64,000 nt of DNA from Spirulina sp. (GTDB lineage Bacteria > Cyanobacteriota > Cyanobacteriia > Phormidesmidales > Phormidesmidaceae). A program made the translations under genes and the position numbers. The DNA lies in assembly GCA_044070495.1 (NCBI GenBank), contig JBIPSI010000029.1, positions 1 through 64,000 on the forward strand, written 5' to 3'. Below the pieces are notes generated by a model. The model had not been told where the DNA came from. It saw only the letters and a program-made list of their open reading frames with translations, and did not search any database. Positions 29,808 to 39,227 of the stretch are shown in pieces; position 1 is the first letter of the stretch; each line of letters begins with the position of its first letter.

Positions 29808-30527
29808 ATGAAAATCGCACAAGACATCCCCAGACGAGCCTACATTAACGTTATGGAGTTGCTGGTGACCGAGGAAGTGGAGCAGCAACTCAAAGATCTG
29901 CCTCCTAGGGTTGTCAAGTACTTGAAGGTGGTAGAGGTGGAAACCTACGCCCTGAATCGTCTGCCAGCCCTCTACGCCTCCAGCGAAAAAGGCTGGAAAC
30001 ACCAATACGACAAAGCCAAGCGAGAACTGCGCAATCAAATTAAAAGTGCCGTTCGTCAGGCCGTTGCCGCTGTCCAAGTCGATCCCATTCGATCCTCAGA
30101 ACCGCTTCAAATCGGCCAAGATGACGAAGCGAGTGGTGTACTAGATTCCCTCCGAGACCTACTAAAACAGCCGGATCTAGGCTGGGATGGGGTGGTAAGT
30201 CGGCTACAGGACGTGATTGCCAAACGCCCGGGGGCGGCGTCCCAAGCACCGGAACCCGACGCCGAAAGTTCCCACCGCACTCGGTATCGTCCTCTGCCGG
30301 GCGAACGCAACTACACATCCCCTGCCACCACCGGCTACGCAGGCCCTGCGGCCTCCTCCGGCGGCAACACGGGCGGCCATGGACAACACTGGCGTCCAGG
30401 CACCTATGGATCTAGCATCTCCTGGCAGCGGCGGCACAATCAGGAGCCTACTCAAGGACAGAATCAAGGCCAAAGCAAGAGCGGTGGGCTTGACTTTGAC
30501 TGGAACGATTCCCGCTACAGCAAATAA
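29808..30527 (+). CDS. ComFB-domain protein with a low-complexity C-terminal tail
   Basis: Motif YINVMELLVTEEV...EVETYALNRLPALYASSEKG..AVAAVQVDP. Confidence 0.85.
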   Translation: MKIAQDIPRRAYINVMELLVTEEVEQQLKDLPPRVVKYLKVVEVETYALNRLPALYASSEKGWKHQYDKAKRELRNQIKSAVRQAVAAVQVDPIRSSEPLQIGQDDEASGVLDSLRDLLKQPDLGWDGVVSRLQDVIAKRPGAASQAPEPDAESSHRTRYRPLPGERNYTSPATTGYAGPAASSGGNTGGHGQHWRPGTYGSSISWQRRHNQEPTQGQNQGQSKSGGLDFDWNDSRYSK

Positions 30528-30546
30528 ACCTCAGGGGCCAAGACAC

Positions 30547-31797
30547 CTAAAGCAACTGAGCCTCAGCCAGTAGATTGAGGGGAATGCCCAGTTGTTGCAC
30601 CCCCTGTCTCAGACGCTGGGCCGTTTCGGGGGCGTAGGTAGCATAGAGGTTGATGGCCCGATTGAAGGCATTCAGGGCTTCCGGCAATTGCCCCAGCTTG
30701 AATAGCGCCACCCCCAGGTTCTGGTGGGCCTCGGCGTAGTTGGGCTGGAGGGTAATGGCCTGACGGTAGGCGGCGATGGCTTCATCCAGGTAGCCCCTGG
30801 CTCGGTGGGCGGTGCCCAGGTTGTAGTGGGCGATGGCGAGGGTGGGGTCGGCGGCGATGGCTTGCTCAAACAAAGCAATGGCGGCGAGCAGATCTCCCTG
30901 GGCTTTTTTCAGGCTACCGTAGTTGATCCAACCGCCCAGTTTCAGAATGGCGGGAACGTCCTCAGCCAGGGCGGCTTCATAATCCGTGGCGGCCAGGTCG
31001 GGCTGATCGGGGTGGCTATCCCCTTGGGCCAGGGCACGGTGATACAGAACTTCGTAGCGGGTGAGGGCGTCCAGACTGTCGAGATTGGCCAGGGCGCGAT
31101 TTAGCAGGTCAAGGGCCTGTTCCGGTTGGCCAGATTCTAAATAAAGGGCCGCGAGTTTGTTCAGCAGGTAGCCGTCGTTGGGGTGATCGGCGAGATAGGT
31201 TTCCATCACCCGCTGGGCCAGGTCAAACTTGCCCCGCTGCACCACCACCGCCGGATCGTAGCCTGTGTGGTGCAGGGCCACCGTGGTTAGCGTGACCACC
31301 TGCCAATCGGGATTTTGGGCCTGGAGGGCAGTGATACTGTCGTCTACGGTTTCGTGGTAGGGGCGATTAAAGGTGATCTCTGGCAACCGCCGAAACAGAC
31401 GAGTAATCAGCGTGTAGGGGGCTTGAGGTGCGCCCAGTTCCAGCCGCAGCAGGTTGACGGCGAGGATATTTTTTGCTGGGATGTCCCCCAGAGGTTGGCC
31501 CTGATCCAAGGCTTTCAAGAGGGCGGCGACTTCCGGTTGCAGGACTTCGTCGGCGTCGATCACCAGCACCCAATCCCCGGTGGCGTGGGCGAGGGAAGCA
31601 TTGCGGGCGGCGGCGAAGTCGTTCACCCAGGGGAAGGTGTGGACTTGGGCACCGTAGGATTCAGCGATAGCCACCGTGTCATCGGTGGAACCTGTATCTA
31701 CCACGATGATTTCGTCCACCACGTCCTTAACGCTGGCCAGGGCTTGGCCTAAGGTCGCGGCTTCGTCCTTGACGATCATGCATAGGCTAATGGCCAT
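30547..31797 (-). CDS. GT2 glycosyltransferase with TPR repeats
   Basis: Motifs ISLCMIVKDE, VVDTGSTD, DFAAARN and WVLVIDADE; C-terminal TPRs. Confidence 0.92.
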   Translation of the reverse strand: MAISLCMIVKDEAATLGQALASVKDVVDEIIVVDTGSTDDTVAIAESYGAQVHTFPWVNDFAAARNASLAHATGDWVLVIDADEVLQPEVAALLKALDQGQPLGDIPAKNILAVNLLRLELGAPQAPYTLITRLFRRLPEITFNRPYHETVDDSITALQAQNPDWQVVTLTTVALHHTGYDPAVVVQRGKFDLAQRVMETYLADHPNDGYLLNKLAALYLESGQPEQALDLLNRALANLDSLDALTRYEVLYHRALAQGDSHPDQPDLAATDYEAALAEDVPAILKLGGWINYGSLKKAQGDLLAAIALFEQAIAADPTLAIAHYNLGTAHRARGYLDEAIAAYRQAITLQPNYAEAHQNLGVALFKLGQLPEALNAFNRAINLYATYAPETAQRLRQGVQQLGIPLNLLAEAQLL

Positions 31798-33213
31798 CTA
31801 GTCGTCCCCCAGGATTTGCTGGGCGCGTTGGATGGCCTGTTGCACCTGATCAAACCCGGTGCCGCCGTAGCTGTTGCGGGCCGAGACCACCCGCTGGGGG
31901 GTGATGGCCTCATAAATGTCTTCCTCAAAGGCGGGATGGAGGGATTTCCACTCTTCCATGGTCAGGTCACGCAGGAGCTTGTTGGCGGCGAGGGAGGTCT
32001 TCACCACCTGCCCCACCAGGTTGTAGGCTTCCCGGAAGGGGACGCCCTTGGTTGCCAGATAATCCGCGACATCGGTGGCGTTAGAGAAGTCTTCGTTCAC
32101 CGCCTGCCGTAGCCGAGGTACCCGGAAGGTGACGCCCTCCGATAGCAAGATGGTCATGGCTTCTAGGCAGCCGCGCACCGTTTGCACCGTGTCGAAGAGG
32201 GCTTCCTTGTCTTCCTGCAAATCCTTGTTGTAGGCCAGGGGCAGGCCCTTCATCATCACCAGCAGCCCTTGCAGATGGCCAAACACGCGGCCCGTTTTGC
32301 CCCGCACCAGTTCTGGCACGTCGGGGTTTTTCTTTTGGGGCATGATGCTGGATCCGGTGGAGCAGCTATCGTTGAGGCTAACGAAGCTGAATTCCTCGGA
32401 AGCCCAGAGGATCATTTCTTCAGACAACCGCGACAGGTGCACCATGATTAGACTGGCGGCACAGGCAAATTCGATGGCAAAATCCCGGTCGCTGACGCCA
32501 TCCAAGCTGTTGCCGTAGACCCGCTCAAAGCCCAGCAGCTCGGCGGAATATTGCCGATCAATGGGAAACGTCGTCCCCGCCAGGGCACCGCAGCCCAGGG
32601 GCGAAATGTTTACGCGCTTTTGAATATCCTGGAGCCGTTCCCAATCTCGTTGGGCCATGTCGAAGTAGGCCAGCAGGTGGTGGGCCAAGCTGAGGGGTTG
32701 CGCCCGTTGCAGGTGGGTATAGCCCGGAATCAGGGTTTCCACATGGGCCTCGGCCAGGGAGAGCAGGGTTTGCTGAAACTGGCGCAGTTGGCCCTGGATG
32801 GCTTCGATTTCCGCCCGCAGGTACAGGCGCACATCGGTGCCCACCTGGTCGTTTCGGGAACGGGCCGTATGGAGCTTTTTGCCGCCGTCGCCAATCAGTT
32901 CGGTCAGCCGTCGCTCTACGGCAAAATGCACGTCCTCCGCCTCAATGCCGGGTTGGAAACGGCCCTCGCGATACTCCTGGCGAATGGTTTCTAGGCCGTT
33001 GACGATGGCTTCCCCTTCCTCCGGGGTGAGAATGCCCGTCTTCACCAGCATTTTGGCGTGGGCTTCCGATCCGGTGAGGTCGTACTCGATCAGGGCAATA
33101 TCAAAGCCAATGCTGGCGTTAAATCGGGCAATGGCCGGATGCAGCGCCGATTCAAAACGCTGGCTCCAGGTTTGGGAAGTAGCGGGGGTTTCCAACAGGA
33201 ACTCCTTTGTCAA
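31798..33213 (-). CDS. argH: Argininosuccinate lyase
   Basis: Motifs [36 protein letters not shown] and [10 protein letters not shown]. Confidence 0.97.
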   Translation of the reverse strand: MTKEFLLETPATSQTWSQRFESALHPAIARFNASIGFDIALIEYDLTGSEAHAKMLVKTGILTPEEGEAIVNGLETIRQEYREGRFQPGIEAEDVHFAVERRLTELIGDGGKKLHTARSRNDQVGTDVRLYLRAEIEAIQGQLRQFQQTLLSLAEAHVETLIPGYTHLQRAQPLSLAHHLLAYFDMAQRDWERLQDIQKRVNISPLGCGALAGTTFPIDRQYSAELLGFERVYGNSLDGVSDRDFAIEFACAASLIMVHLSRLSEEMILWASEEFSFVSLNDSCSTGSSIMPQKKNPDVPELVRGKTGRVFGHLQGLLVMMKGLPLAYNKDLQEDKEALFDTVQTVRGCLEAMTILLSEGVTFRVPRLRQAVNEDFSNATDVADYLATKGVPFREAYNLVGQVVKTSLAANKLLRDLTMEEWKSLHPAFEEDIYEAITPQRVVSARNSYGGTGFDQVQQAIQRAQQILGDD

Positions 33214-33267
33214 ATCAGTCGTGAAAGCAGGCCGTCAACAGGGTTTGCGGTCAGGGGAACCAGCCGA

Positions 33268-33579
33268 TTAGTACGCCGTGAGGCCACGCACCATATAACC
33301 GATGACGATACCAATAATTAACGCCCACACCTGGCCGGATTCAATGAACGTATTCCAGAGCTTGCCCATGTCGCCAAGGATATCTTGGTCAAACTGCTGC
33401 GCTAGCACCATAGATTGCGGCACGACTGAGGATACCGAAACCGTAGCTAGGGACGCCGAATCTAGGGGCACAAAGAACTGAACCTGCGGCGCGTCCTCAA
33501 GGACAATGGGGCGTAGGATGGACTCTAGCCCAGGGGCCGCAGGCACATTGGTCAGGAAAAGGTGAGGGGAAACGTCCAT
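33268..33579 (-). CDS. Small membrane protein (hypothetical)
   Basis: C-terminal LAQQF..D....W.TFIESGQVWALIIGIVIGY TM segment; start uncertain. Confidence 0.7.
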   Translation of the reverse strand: MDVSPHLFLTNVPAAPGLESILRPIVLEDAPQVQFFVPLDSASLATVSVSSVVPQSMVLAQQFDQDILGDMGKLWNTFIESGQVWALIIGIVIGYMVRGLTAY

Positions 33580-33715
33580 AGTGCGCGTCTAACCGAAGAT
33601 TCACCAAAACTATACACTAGCCCTCCGGGATAGAAACCCCGTCTTGCCGTTTTTGCCCATGGTCTGAAGACAAGCGATCCGCCAAATTCGGACAACTCAC
33701 GGTGTCAGACCCTTC

Positions 33716-34186
33716 TCAATAGACCAGGTTGGGATATTCCGTGACCTCAAACTCAAAGCAGTGACGGCCCTGGGGATGCTGCCAGCGTTGACGCTCCGGG
33801 TCGGGAAGTTGCTGGGGAAAGCGGTAGGTGCTGCTATCGGTGTCGAAGGTGGCACAGAGTTGGAAGGTGCGATCCCCCAGCCGCTCATACTCGTAGGGCT
33901 GTTGGGTGAGAGGATCGAGGCGAGATTCATCGGTGGGAATGGAGTCCGGTAGTTGATACGTGTCGGTTTGGCTGAGGTAGTTTTGGTGGAGATCCTGGGC
34001 CATGGCTCCAAGATCCCGAAGCCGCTGACGATCCGCCGCAATGTCGCGCTGACGTCCGGGGGTGCCCAGCACCCAAAATCCACCGACAATGCCTGTTCCC
34101 ACCGCCACGGTGGCCACTAGGGCAAAGACCTGATCCACCGAGAGGGATCGCAGGCGGGTGAGGGCACTCGGTAAGGCATTACTCAT
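33716..34186 (-). CDS. Single-TM protein with a pseudopilin-like C-terminal domain
   Basis: TM helix, then GTPGRQR..ADRQRLRDL..DPLTQQPYEY..FQLCATF..HPQGRHCF; overlaps the upstream gene by 8 nt. Confidence 0.75.
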   Translation of the reverse strand: MSNALPSALTRLRSLSVDQVFALVATVAVGTGIVGGFWVLGTPGRQRDIAADRQRLRDLGAMAQDLHQNYLSQTDTYQLPDSIPTDESRLDPLTQQPYEYERLGDRTFQLCATFDTDSSTYRFPQQLPDPERQRWQHPQGRHCFEFEVTEYPNLVY

Positions 34187-34850
34187 GGCGTAACCTCAGG
34201 GATTTAGGGGCAGGTTCGCGGCGAATCCAGTGGCTATAGTAGGCCAGCACACCGCCATCAATGGCAAGTACTACCAAAATCTTGAGCATGAAACGCAGGG
34301 TCAATTCGCCGCGCAAAAAAGACGTTAGGAAGGTCATCAGCGCCCCAATGGCAATTAGGGCCGCTACCCATAGGGTGAGATAGGTTAACCACTTACGCAC
34401 CCCAGAAAAATGCTTTTCTCGGTAGGTGGCCAGATCGTGATTGAGGTGGCGCATCAGCCAGAGATAGACCGGATAGGCCACCATCAGCCGCGACAGGGCA
34501 AAGGCCACCTGCCAGGAGGGATCGCCGTAGTAGCGGTTGAGGGGATCGGGAATCAGGTGGTCGATGAACACAAAGGCCATTTCCCCTAGGGCCTGGGTCC
34601 ATAGAATCAGCGTGATGAAGGCCAGCAGGTAGAAAAAGGCATCGCGGGCCATGTCCCCGGTGCCGCCCCTGGGGGAGGGCAACGGCTGTCCGGTCAGGGT
34701 TTCGTAGACCTCAAAGAAGGCTCGCTCAATCTCCCGCTGGGGCCAGCCATAGCTACGCAGGAGTTGCGTCAAAAAAGCGTCGTCGGCCCCCTGCTGACGG
34801 GCCTGATGGATAAACTGCACCAGTTCGCGGCGATCCGTGGGGGGAGCCAT
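34179..34850 (-). CDS. DUF5671-like membrane protein
   Basis: Motifs ARDAFFYLLAFITL, VRKWLTYLTL and FL.GELTLRF.LK; four TM segments; ATG at 34850. Confidence 0.75.
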   Translation of the reverse strand: MAPPTDRRELVQFIHQARQQGADDAFLTQLLRSYGWPQREIERAFFEVYETLTGQPLPSPRGGTGDMARDAFFYLLAFITLILWTQALGEMAFVFIDHLIPDPLNRYYGDPSWQVAFALSRLMVAYPVYLWLMRHLNHDLATYREKHFSGVRKWLTYLTLWVAALIAIGALMTFLTSFLRGELTLRFMLKILVVLAIDGGVLAYYSHWIRREPAPKSLRLRHE

Positions 34851-35013
34851 AGCCACACCTGAAAACGGGAATGGCCCTATTCTAGTCAGCACCCTAGGGG
34901 CCTAGGTCGCCGTTGTGCCAGTGACCCTAGTGCCCCCAGTGCCCCAGGCTTCTCTACTAGGTGTTTGGGCACACGGCGGTGTTCTAGGATTGGGGCGCAC
35001 GGCGGTGCGCGTC

Positions 35014-35781
35014 CTACCAGGGTAATGGGCTGCCGTCCCAGCTAAAGAATTCGCCGCTGTCGGACGGTTCTAGGTTGTCAATCACCGCCATCAACTGGGC
35101 CACCGTGCGGGATACGGGGAACAGTTTTTCCGGCGGCACCCCCCGCTGAAAGGGTTGAGACAGGCGAGTATCCGTCGTGCCGGGATGGAGCAGGGCAAAA
35201 ATGGTGTGGGGACTTTTGCGGGCGTACTCCAGCGAGGCCGTTTTGATCAGCATATTCAGCGCCGCCTTGGAGGCCCGATAGCCATACCAGCCGCCTAAAC
35301 GGTTGTCGCCAATGCTGCCCACCTTGGCGGAAATCGCCCCAAACAGGCTGGGCTGATCGTGCTTCAGCAAAGGGAACAGATGCTTCGTCAGCAACGCCGC
35401 CCCCACCGCATTCACCTGAAAGGAGCGCACCAGTTGATCACTGGTTAACTGACGCACGGTCTTCTCAGGCTGAAAGCCTCCGTCATGGAGCAGCCCCACG
35501 CAATACACCACCAAATGCAGACGGGGTGTTTCGGCCTGGAGTTCGGTCACCGCCTGGGCGATGCTCTCCTCCGAGGTCACATTCATCGCCAGGGGCGTGA
35601 GGTGGGTCTGGGTCTGGGCCAGTTCCAGCAAGGTTCCAGCGGTTTCCGGGCGGCGATAGGTGCCATAGACCCGACCAAATCGGCCATCGGCTACCAACTG
35701 CTGCACAAACCCCAGCCCAATCCCCTGACTGGCTCCCACAATCAGCGCATTGGCCGCAATCAAAGAATTTCCAAAGGGCAT
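35014..35781 (-). CDS. SDR oxidoreductase (C-factor/CsgA-like)
   Basis: Motifs VGASQGIG, SAKVGSIGDNRLGGWYGYRASKAALN and LHPGTTDT. Confidence 0.92.
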   Translation of the reverse strand: MPFGNSLIAANALIVGASQGIGLGFVQQLVADGRFGRVYGTYRRPETAGTLLELAQTQTHLTPLAMNVTSEESIAQAVTELQAETPRLHLVVYCVGLLHDGGFQPEKTVRQLTSDQLVRSFQVNAVGAALLTKHLFPLLKHDQPSLFGAISAKVGSIGDNRLGGWYGYRASKAALNMLIKTASLEYARKSPHTIFALLHPGTTDTRLSQPFQRGVPPEKLFPVSRTVAQLMAVIDNLEPSDSGEFFSWDGSPLPW

Positions 35782-36068
35782 CGCTACCGAATCCACGAGT
35801 CGCTCACATCCTGACTATAACGACAGCTTAGTTCCTAGGGTTGATCCCCCCTAGCCCCCCTTAGCAAGGGGGGAACTCTGGGCTTGGGGCTGGGTAAGGT
35901 TTAGGTAACGGTTCTATTTGTTGTGTGTACATATGTAACAACCAAAATCGCTGAAACCCCCGCTCTATAGGCACTAGAGCATCACAGAGTGATAAGCTAG
36001 CCTTTGCGCTTAAAACTGCCTTTGTGAATTCCCCTTGTCAACCGTTCTTGTAAATTGGTGATCTTTCA

Positions 36069-37130
36069 ATGACCGCAGCGAATCAGGTTCCTTACCTTCT
36101 CCGGGCCGCCCGCCACGAAGTGCTGGATCGTCCCCCCGTTTGGATGATGCGTCAGGCAGGGCGCTACATGAAGGTATACCGTGACCTGCGCGACAAGTAT
36201 CCCTCCTTCCGGGAACGCTCGGAAAATGCCGATCTGGCCATTGAAATTTCCCTTCAGCCCTGGCGCGCCTTCCGTCCCGATGGCGTGATTATGTTCTCGG
36301 ATATCCTCACCCCACTGCCGGGGATGGGCATTCCCTTCGACATCATCGAGAGCAAAGGCCCCATCATCGACCCGCCCATTCGCACCCAGGCCCAAATCGA
36401 TGCGGTGCATGAGCTAGACCCCGAAACCGCCCTGCCCTACATCCGCACCATTCTGCAAACCCTGCGTCAGGAAGTGGGCAACGATGCCGCCGTGCTAGGC
36501 TTTGTCGGTTCCCCCTGGACGCTCGCCGCCTACGCCGTGGAGGGCAAGACCTCCAAGAGCTACACCAACATCAAGGGCATGGCCTTCAGTGAACCCGCCA
36601 TGCTGCACACCCTGCTGGGCAAGCTAGCCGACAACATCGCCAACTACGTGCGCTACCAGATCGACTGCGGTGCCCAGGTGGTGCAGCTTTTTGATTCCTG
36701 GGCCGGACAGCTCAGCCCCATGGACTACCGCGCCTTCGCCCTACCCTACCAACAGCGGGTGGTGCAGCAGGTGAAGCAAACCCACCCCGACACCCCCCTG
36801 ATTCTCTACATCAGCGGCAGCGCCGGAATTTTTGACATGATGGGCGAATCTGGTGTCGATATTGTCAGCGTCGATTGGACGGTGGATATGGCCGAAGCCC
36901 GTCGCCGCCTTGGCCCCGATATTGCCGTCCAGGGTAATGTTGATCCGGCGATTCTCTTTGGTTCCAAGGAACTGATCCGCGAACGCATCCTCGACACCAT
37001 CCAAAAAGCCGGAAATCGCGGCCACATCCTCAACCTGGGCCACGGTATCCTCCCCGGTACCCCCGAAGAAAACGCCGCCTACTTCTTCGAGACCGCCAAG
37101 AACGTAGACAAGCTGCTGGCTACCGTCTAG
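36069..37130 (+). CDS. hemE: Uroporphyrinogen decarboxylase
   Basis: Motifs [32 protein letters not shown] and ILNLGHG. Confidence 0.98.
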   Translation: MTAANQVPYLLRAARHEVLDRPPVWMMRQAGRYMKVYRDLRDKYPSFRERSENADLAIEISLQPWRAFRPDGVIMFSDILTPLPGMGIPFDIIESKGPIIDPPIRTQAQIDAVHELDPETALPYIRTILQTLRQEVGNDAAVLGFVGSPWTLAAYAVEGKTSKSYTNIKGMAFSEPAMLHTLLGKLADNIANYVRYQIDCGAQVVQLFDSWAGQLSPMDYRAFALPYQQRVVQQVKQTHPDTPLILYISGSAGIFDMMGESGVDIVSVDWTVDMAEARRRLGPDIAVQGNVDPAILFGSKELIRERILDTIQKAGNRGHILNLGHGILPGTPEENAAYFFETAKNVDKLLATV

Positions 37131-37187
37131 TCCCGCAGACTAGGCCGTCCAAGCAAAACCATCTCAAGGCCCAATGAGCCAAACCGG

Positions 37188-37333
37188 AGGGGCGAGGTTT
37201 TCTCGCCCTTTTTTGTGTCTACAGCCCGGTTAGTTGACCAAACTTGCCACAATCCACATTCGGCAAAGGGTCAGGAGACCTGACCCCTACATTATCCACC
37301 CCCTGTAGGGGCGAGGTTTTCTCGCCCTTCTTT
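37188..37333. repeat. REP cluster between convergent genes; the first hairpin probably also terminates hemE
   Basis: GGGCGAGGTTTTCTCGCCCTTTTTT, GGGTCAGGAGACCTGACCCCTAC and GTAGGGGCGAGGTTTTCTCGCCC; about 37228-37290 matches the reverse complement of about 42837-42899. Confidence 0.75.
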
Positions 37334-37353
37334 TTGCGTCTATCTTTTTGCGT

Positions 37354-37890
37354 CTAAAGGGCTTCCACCATTGTCAGCAGAGTTGCTGGGTCGGCATTGT
37401 GGTGCAAAAAGGAAAACCAGTGCCCGTAGCGCAGTTGTCCCTGGGCATCCAGCACAAACTGGGCTGGCAGCGGTGCCCCTAGGGCTTGCCCGGTGTGGTA
37501 GTTGCGAAAGCTATCTCCCGCCGGATCGCACAGGAGCGGCAGGGTAAGCTGTAAGTCTTCCACCACCGCCTTCCCCTGACGGGCATTGAGGCTAGCGATC
37601 ATAAAGACCTCAGTCCCGGCATCGCGGAATACCTGGTAGGCCGCATTCATGGCCATGATGTGAGGATAGCAAAAGGGGCAGTACACCCCCTCGGCAAAGA
37701 TGCGCGTAAACGCCAACACCACGGGCTGTTTTCCACGCCAGTTGGCAAGTCGCACCGTGCGCTGATGGGTGGCATCCCACAGGGCAAAGTCGGGCACCGC
37801 CGCCCCCAGAGCCAAGCCCAGTCGTGCGGGGCGGGGCAGTAGGTACTTCCACCAAATTTGCCAGGGCGAGGGGTAGGACGAAGCGGTCAT
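37354..37890 (-). CDS. Peroxiredoxin-like (AhpC/TSA) protein
   Basis: Motif VPDFAL..VRLANWRGKQPVVLAFTRIF..YCPFC; lies immediately downstream of the 2-Cys Prx. Confidence 0.82.
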   Translation of the reverse strand: MTASSYPSPWQIWWKYLLPRPARLGLALGAAVPDFALWDATHQRTVRLANWRGKQPVVLAFTRIFAEGVYCPFCYPHIMAMNAAYQVFRDAGTEVFMIASLNARQGKAVVEDLQLTLPLLCDPAGDSFRNYHTGQALGAPLPAQFVLDAQGQLRYGHWFSFLHHNADPATLLTMVEAL

Positions 37891-37934
37891 GGTCGGGGAA
37901 GGGTCTCCTTGGCGATGGTTCACTAACCTAGGAA

Positions 37935-38546
37935 CTACGCCTCCGTATTGGCAAAGAAGTCCTTAGACTTCACAGGGTCGGGCACCATGGTTTTATCCCC
38001 CGGCTGCCAGTCCACGGGGCATACCTCATTGGGGTTACTCTGCACATGCTGGATGGCCTGGAGTACCCGCAGAGTCTCGTCTACATTGCGGCCAAAGGCC
38101 AGGTTGTTAATCGTCGTGTGCTGGATGACGCCCTCGCGATCAATGATAAACAGCCCCCGCAGGGCCACCCCCGCCTCCGGGTCAAGCACGTTGTAGGCGG
38201 TGCTGATTTCTTTTTTTAGGTCAGAAATCAGGGGATAGTTTAAGTCGCCCACGCCCCCGGCCTTGCGCTCTGTTTGTACCCAGGCTAAATGGGCAAATTC
38301 GCTATCAACCGACACCGCCAGAATTTGAGTCTGGAGCGCTTTAAACTCCTCATAGCGGTCGCTAAAGGCCACGATTTCTGTGGGGCACACAAAGGTAAAA
38401 TCTAGCGGATAAAAGAACAGCACCACGTACTGTCCTCGGTAATCCGACAGTTTCACAATTTTGAATTCTTGATCGACGACCGCTGTCGCCAAAAAGTCTG
38501 GGGCCAATTGCCCAACCCGCAGACATCCCTCCATCGTTTCCGTCAT
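37935..38546 (-). CDS. 2-Cys peroxiredoxin
   Basis: Motifs [26 protein letters not shown] and EVCP. Confidence 0.96.
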   Translation of the reverse strand: MTETMEGCLRVGQLAPDFLATAVVDQEFKIVKLSDYRGQYVVLFFYPLDFTFVCPTEIVAFSDRYEEFKALQTQILAVSVDSEFAHLAWVQTERKAGGVGDLNYPLISDLKKEISTAYNVLDPEAGVALRGLFIIDREGVIQHTTINNLAFGRNVDETLRVLQAIQHVQSNPNEVCPVDWQPGDKTMVPDPVKSKDFFANTEA

Positions 38547-38662
38547 TGCTGCGCGTCCTAACCAAGGGTTATCCCTATAAGGGTAAACGCTATTTACCCC
38601 ATTTCAACCTGGGCCACTGTTCCTGATGACGAACAGGGCCAGAGTTTTCCCTAGAATCTCAC

Positions 38663-38700
38663 AAAAAATGGGTGGGCTAGGACATCCTAACCCACCCATT
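38663..38700 (-). terminator. Intrinsic terminator of the RHH-AAA-DUF1257 operon
   Basis: Minus strand reads ATGGGTGGGTTAGGA-tg-TCCTAGCCCACCCAT-TTTTT. Confidence 0.8.
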
Positions 38701-38729
38701 CTAAGGGAACGCGTAGACGGCAGACTGGC

Positions 38730-39080
38730 TTACTGAAGCACCAGCTTCACGTTGGCGTTTTGCAGGCCAGGGCGCTTCACCTCAGCCAGGGTCTTGTTAA
38801 CAGCGTACTTTTGGTTGATGGCGTTGATCAGTTCGGTCTGATTATGCTTCTTGGCCACACCCCACAGATCCGCGATCAGATCGAAGGAACCATCGGCATT
38901 ACGAGACCAGCCCAGATCGTATTCACCATCGAGAACGGCGACAAGGTCGGCGCGGACACGCTGGCCATTGTAACCGCGAACATCAGCCTCAGTCTTTGTG
39001 GCAATACCCAAGTCAGAAAGAGACTGCTTGAGGATTTCAGCATCGGTCACTTTGGTGCGAAGGGTGCTGAAGTGAGACAT
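38730..39080 (-). CDS. DUF1257 (Ycf35-like) protein
   Basis: Motifs MSHFSTLRTK, VRGYNGQ, YDLGW and DLIADLW; AGGAGG ribosome-binding site. Confidence 0.92.
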   Translation of the reverse strand: MSHFSTLRTKVTDAEILKQSLSDLGIATKTEADVRGYNGQRVRADLVAVLDGEYDLGWSRNADGSFDLIADLWGVAKKHNQTELINAINQKYAVNKTLAEVKRPGLQNANVKLVLQ

Positions 39081-39227
39081 AGGATTTCCTCCTGTAGGGA
39101 AAATGAGAGAGACAACAACGAGGTTTTGAGAGGTAACGACACCAGATCGCCTGGATAGGTTTTCTGGCTACGGACTGCTAGCGAAAACCGCTAGCCCTTC
39201 CCCCAGCACTGGCCGGGAGGAAAGCTT

